Positions 59,820 through 64,000 of a stretch of DNA of 64,000 nt are shown piece after piece; position 1 is the stretch's first letter, and the number at the start of each line of letters is the position of its first letter. Location of the stretch: the NCBI GenBank assembly GCA_010909165.1, contig MU008159.1, positions 2,418,001 to 2,482,000 on the forward strand. The letters run 5' to 3'. Under the pieces are notes generated by a model. The model did not search any database and had not been told where the DNA came from. It saw only the letters and a list, made by a program, of their open reading frames with translations. The position numbers and the translations under genes were made by a program. This DNA comes from Anthoceros angustus. Lineage: Eukaryota; Plantae; Anthocerotophyta.

Positions 59820-61845
59820 GGCGGCGAGGACAATACATGTACACCGCATGCATTTCGTGGCATCCTCCCTGTGGTCGTGATCGGTAGGCACGGCAACCAC
59901 GCAGAAAGGTGGTACATCCGTTATCCGACGCCCGTCCCCACGGTGTGCTATCATGACTTCATGACCCATAAACACGACGACACGTGGGACTGGAACGTGC
60001 TTGCGAAACCATGGACGGAAGCACAAACGTCACACCGCTTATGGAGTTCATTTGAGGTCCAGTAAAAAGCGGTTGCGAGGAGAGATCCGAAAGAAGTCTT
60101 GCGACAATGCGTGGGAAACTAGAGGAAAACTCGGGACCCATTTGGGCGCGGTGAGGATATTTGGTGGGAGGAATTACAGGGTGAGCAATCGACCATCGTG
60201 GACAAGATAGCATGTGAGCATCTTTGAGGAATTGAAGACCCCTTGGCAGTAGTGCGATAGAACACATAATGAAGAGTTGCATCGCCTTTGGTTATGCAGA
60301 TGAGATTTCTGACATCAATCGTTCGCAAGTGCCCGGGACATGTATGTTGGAGGCGTCTGCGGATGATGCGGGCGGGAACAAGAAAGCTTGAACGGCGATG
60401 TGTTGGAGATACAAACAGGTCACATGATTGCGGTGCCTTGTGGGGCAGATCTTGACAATCGACCATTACGGCTCGCAAAAGTTCTGGTGGACTTCCAATG
60501 TGGCCCATTCATTAAAGTCCATTGGTGGGTGACTAAATGCAGCGCATTTGAAGGCGGTACCTAGAGGAGATGATTTTACGATCGACCACCAGCGGCGATC
60601 GTGGGGGTCGCTCTCAACAGCGGAGCATGAGGTTGCGGAAACACGTCGACAAATTGCTTCTTCGGACACATTCATCTTGGCATACGGGTTTTCTCTAACA
60701 AAGCGAAGCAACTAAATGCAAGGACGAGAACCATGTCACGGAAAAACATATACGTTTTGCGCTCATGCGGAGGAAGCTCGGAACATATGGAAGGAAGGGG
60801 CCTGCGGATGATGGCGTTGCGAAGATGTTGCATCGGCGAGGACAATACATGTACACCGCATTTCGTGGCATCCTCCCTGTGGTCGTGATCGGTAGGCACG
60901 GCAACCACAAACAAAGGTGGTACATCCGTTATCCGACGCCCGTCCCCACGGTGCTATCATGACTTCATGACCCATAAACATGACACGTGGGACTGGAGCG
61001 TGCTTGCGAAACCATGGACGGAAGCACAAACGCGTCACACCTTATGGAGTTCATTTGGAGGTCCAGTAAAAAGCGGTTGCGAGGAGAGATCCGAAAGAAG
61101 TCTTGCGACAATGCGTGGGAAACTAGAGGAAAACTCGGGACCCATTTGGGCGCGGTGAGGATATTTGGTGGGAGGAATTACAGGGTGAGCAATCGACCAT
61201 CGTGGACAAGATAGCATGTGAGCATCTTTGAGGAATTGAAGACCCCTTGGCAATGGTACGATAGAACACATAATGAAGAGTTGCATCGCCTTTGGTTTAT
61301 GCAGGAGATTTTACAGCATCAATCGTTCGCAAGTGCCCGGGACATGTATGTTGGAGGCGTCTGCGGATGATGCGCCAAGGTGGGAACAAGAAAGCTTGAG
61401 CGGCGATGTGTTGGAGATACAAGCAGGTCACATGATTGCGGTGCCTTGTGGCGGATGACAATCGACCATTACGGCTCGCAAAAGTTCTGGTGGACTTCAA
61501 TGTGGCCCATTCATTAAAGTCCATTGGTGGGTGACTAAATGCAGCGCATTTGAAGGCGGTACCTAGAGGAGATGATTTTACGATCGACCACCAGCGGCGA
61601 TCGTGGGGGTCGCTCTCAGACGGAGCATGAGGTTGCGGAAACACGTCGACAAATTGCTTCTTTCAGACACATTCATCTTGGCGTACGGGTTTTCTCTAAC
61701 AAAGCGAAGCAACTAAATGCAAGGACCATAACCATGTCACGGAAAAACATATACGTTTTGCGCTCATGCGGAGGAAGCTCGGAACATATGGAAGGAAGGG
61801 ACTGCGGATGATGGCGTTGCGAAGATGTTGCATCGAGGCGAGGAC
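59820..61845. repeat. ~1.0-kb tandem duplication of a degenerate coding-like fragment
   Basis: 59820-60835 is repeated at 60835-61845; it includes GHMIAVPC..DNRPLRLAKVL..IKVHWW. Confidence 0.9.
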
Positions 61846-62339
61846 ATTGAAACACTTGATGAACATGGTTCATGGAGTTGATTAGTTAGTTTTCGATTGA
61901 CCATGGACTCCTACTAGTCTTTGGGTATGGGGAAGGTATCGCGCCGGTGGCGCACTTCTCAGTGGATAGGTTGTGTGTTCCCCATGGACATAAACGGCTT
62001 AACCAAGTGCAGTATGGGCACACAAAATGACGGTACAACACAATTTGCGATTATGTTCCAAATCGCCAAAACCGTGTCTCTATTCGATGGACCTTATTTT
62101 TTAGGACAACACATGATAAGACCGGCTGTCGACAAATGTTCAAGCGCATCCACGATTCGGTCCCACACTTTTACGAAGTTTTGGAGGAATGAATTCAAAG
62201 ACAATAATTTTTTGGCCACGTTCTTTTCGGTCCTCGAAAAGTGGATGCCAAATTTCTTCAAAACCATAATAACGTACATGGTTTTACGGGACATGCTTTT
62301 TGGATATGATGATGGGAAAGTTTCGCCTTTTGACCCATT

Positions 62340-62623
62340 TCAACGGAATCCGCCGATATTGCGCAGACTTTGTTCTTCAACAACAATGCTCCTAGTTGGA
62401 TCTCTTTTGCATCCTTTGTAGCCCCTGGCCTATACAACTTGAGAAGTGGTAGGTGACTAAACACCTCCAAAATGTCTCTACGACATTCTGCCGTGTATGC
62501 AGCGGTAAGGCATAAAAACTGATTGGCTAGCGTACGAGCAACTTCTTGCTTGCGACGCACCGAGCATTCCCTAATACCAGAATTGGCTGCAAGAGCCCGC
62601 TGTCGCTCTCTATGCTTCTGCAC
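62340..62623 (-). pseudogene. Diverged paralog of the 56095-56700 transposon ORF
   Basis: CRRDILEVFSHLPLLKLYRPGATKDAKEIQLGALLLKN versus CRKDILEMFSCVPLLKMYRPAAAKNAKEHQLGALLLKN. Confidence 0.65.
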
Positions 62624-64000
62624 ACGGGCTGTTGATGTTTTGACGCCCTCTCCTTCAACTCTACCAGAAGGAGCATCCTCCCCTACTCCCCTTGCCGCTG
62701 CTGGAGGAAGTGTCTCCTCGTTTCACATCTGCTCCTATCCACCTCCAAGATGTATCCCTACCCTTCTTCCTCCCACACCCTGGACACCAGCTTCACGTGA
62801 AGCACCTTGATTTGTGCTTCACTTTGTTCAATGACAACGTTTGGCTGCTGCCTATCGACTCCGTTGTTGGGAAGGTGACCGAGCCATAGCACCGTCCCAA
62901 AAACAGCCAAGAGTTTGAAGGCACCAACTCCAACGCCATGGCACTATCCACCGTATTTGAAGTAGCACACCGCCCCCGCACTATCCACCAACGCAGCGCC
63001 GCGGACCTACTTGCAACTTGTAGCGCCGTCCGAACCTGATCCGCTCCTTCCACCACGTCCTGCACATGTAGCCCTGGAGCTTGTCACGATTAACAGCCTA
63101 GCCTACAGAGTTCAAGTTGAGTTCTACAGTACATAGGTCATTTGCCAGCACAAAAGCGGTATGCACGTACTCCAGTCCCGCCTGCACCCTGTAAATCATA
63201 TTCAACCCTAAACCATAAATCCGACCAGGATTTTTAAACTCGCAACATTTCGAAGGCAGCGCGTGGGCGGGCCCGTTCCTGGGCCACGGGTTCATGAAAT
63301 GAAGCGGCAAAAGGCCAGCTATGTGGGGACATTGTCCTTAAACAAGTTGAATTTTTTAAGCATATTTTAATATACCATTCTTTATTAAATTTTAATCCTA
63401 GATAAAAATAGACATTACTATAACATGTAAAAAAAATCAGACAAGTTGGAAAAGAAATGAATTTTTCATAATTGTAGACATTGCGTGAGGACAAAATAAG
63501 AGCGTTTCAACCGTTTCTAACTAAAGTGAGCACCTAACCATGCACGCACCCTGAAGTGCACCATGCTCTAGCTTATCTTGGTCAGTTACTCAGACCTGGT
63601 TGTTGAGCGACATGTGTATTGCACCCTAGTCATGTGCTGTGTGTTTCTCCTCTGCTTGGTGTGCCCAATGTCAATTTATCTGCAGTTTGTTCCACTAGTG
63701 TGTACAATGCCACTTTGCTTGCAATTCTGTTCCACTCTGCCACATGTGTGTTCATATGCCCAATGCCACTTTTCCTGCATATTTGTTCTACCTGGTGGGC
63801 ACAATGCCACTTTGCCTGCAACGATGTTCCACTGGAAGGGTGGATGGGTAATTTACTAGACTATGTACAGGTGAAGGCAGCACGCGAAGGAAGAGCAAGG
63901 TGGCTACCATCCTCAGCGACCACCTGATCCGTATCGCTGGGGAGTTGACAAATGTAAATCTGCAACTTGACAAGGTGGATGCCACTGCAAAAGAGGTAAA

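Noticed and set aside
63205-63215. Telomeric repeat (AACCCTAAAC; also near position 50)
   Set aside because: Single telobox-like units only, not arrays.

Overview
Eukaryotic nuclear DNA with GT-AG spliced genes, most likely from a non-seed land plant (hornwort/fern/lycophyte-like; inferred from a WW-type PLS-PPR gene, caleosin, a MYB-CC factor and plant-type tRNA-Lys). From left to right: (1) degenerate transposon-like ORFs and an AT-rich spliced gene interrupted by a 17.6-kb Ty3/gypsy LTR retrotransposon (3194-20776, TSD CCAGT). Its ~4.3-kb LTR appears to carry its own long ORF, its pol is internally deleted, and its 3' LTR is tandemly expanded. (2) A rearranged local duplication containing a TA-TSD MITE, a caleosin last-exon copy, two CCD1 pseudogene fragments and an LTR-less Copia insert. 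(3) A compact gene island: class-3 lipase, caleosin, an 8-exon ParA/Soj-type ATPase gene with no transit peptide and two NLS-like basic patches (the top candidate for something undescribed), a PHR1-like MYB-CC factor, and two identical tRNA-Lys(CTT) genes bracketing a DYW-truncated PPR gene and a ricin-B/DUF642-like pseudogene. (4) A LINE remnant, minisatellites and a mosaic of DNA-transposon fragments with four successive 1-1.5 kb tandem duplications. Repeat regions are indel-rich, so assembly error cannot be excluded there. All family assignments come from motif recognition; no database searches were run.
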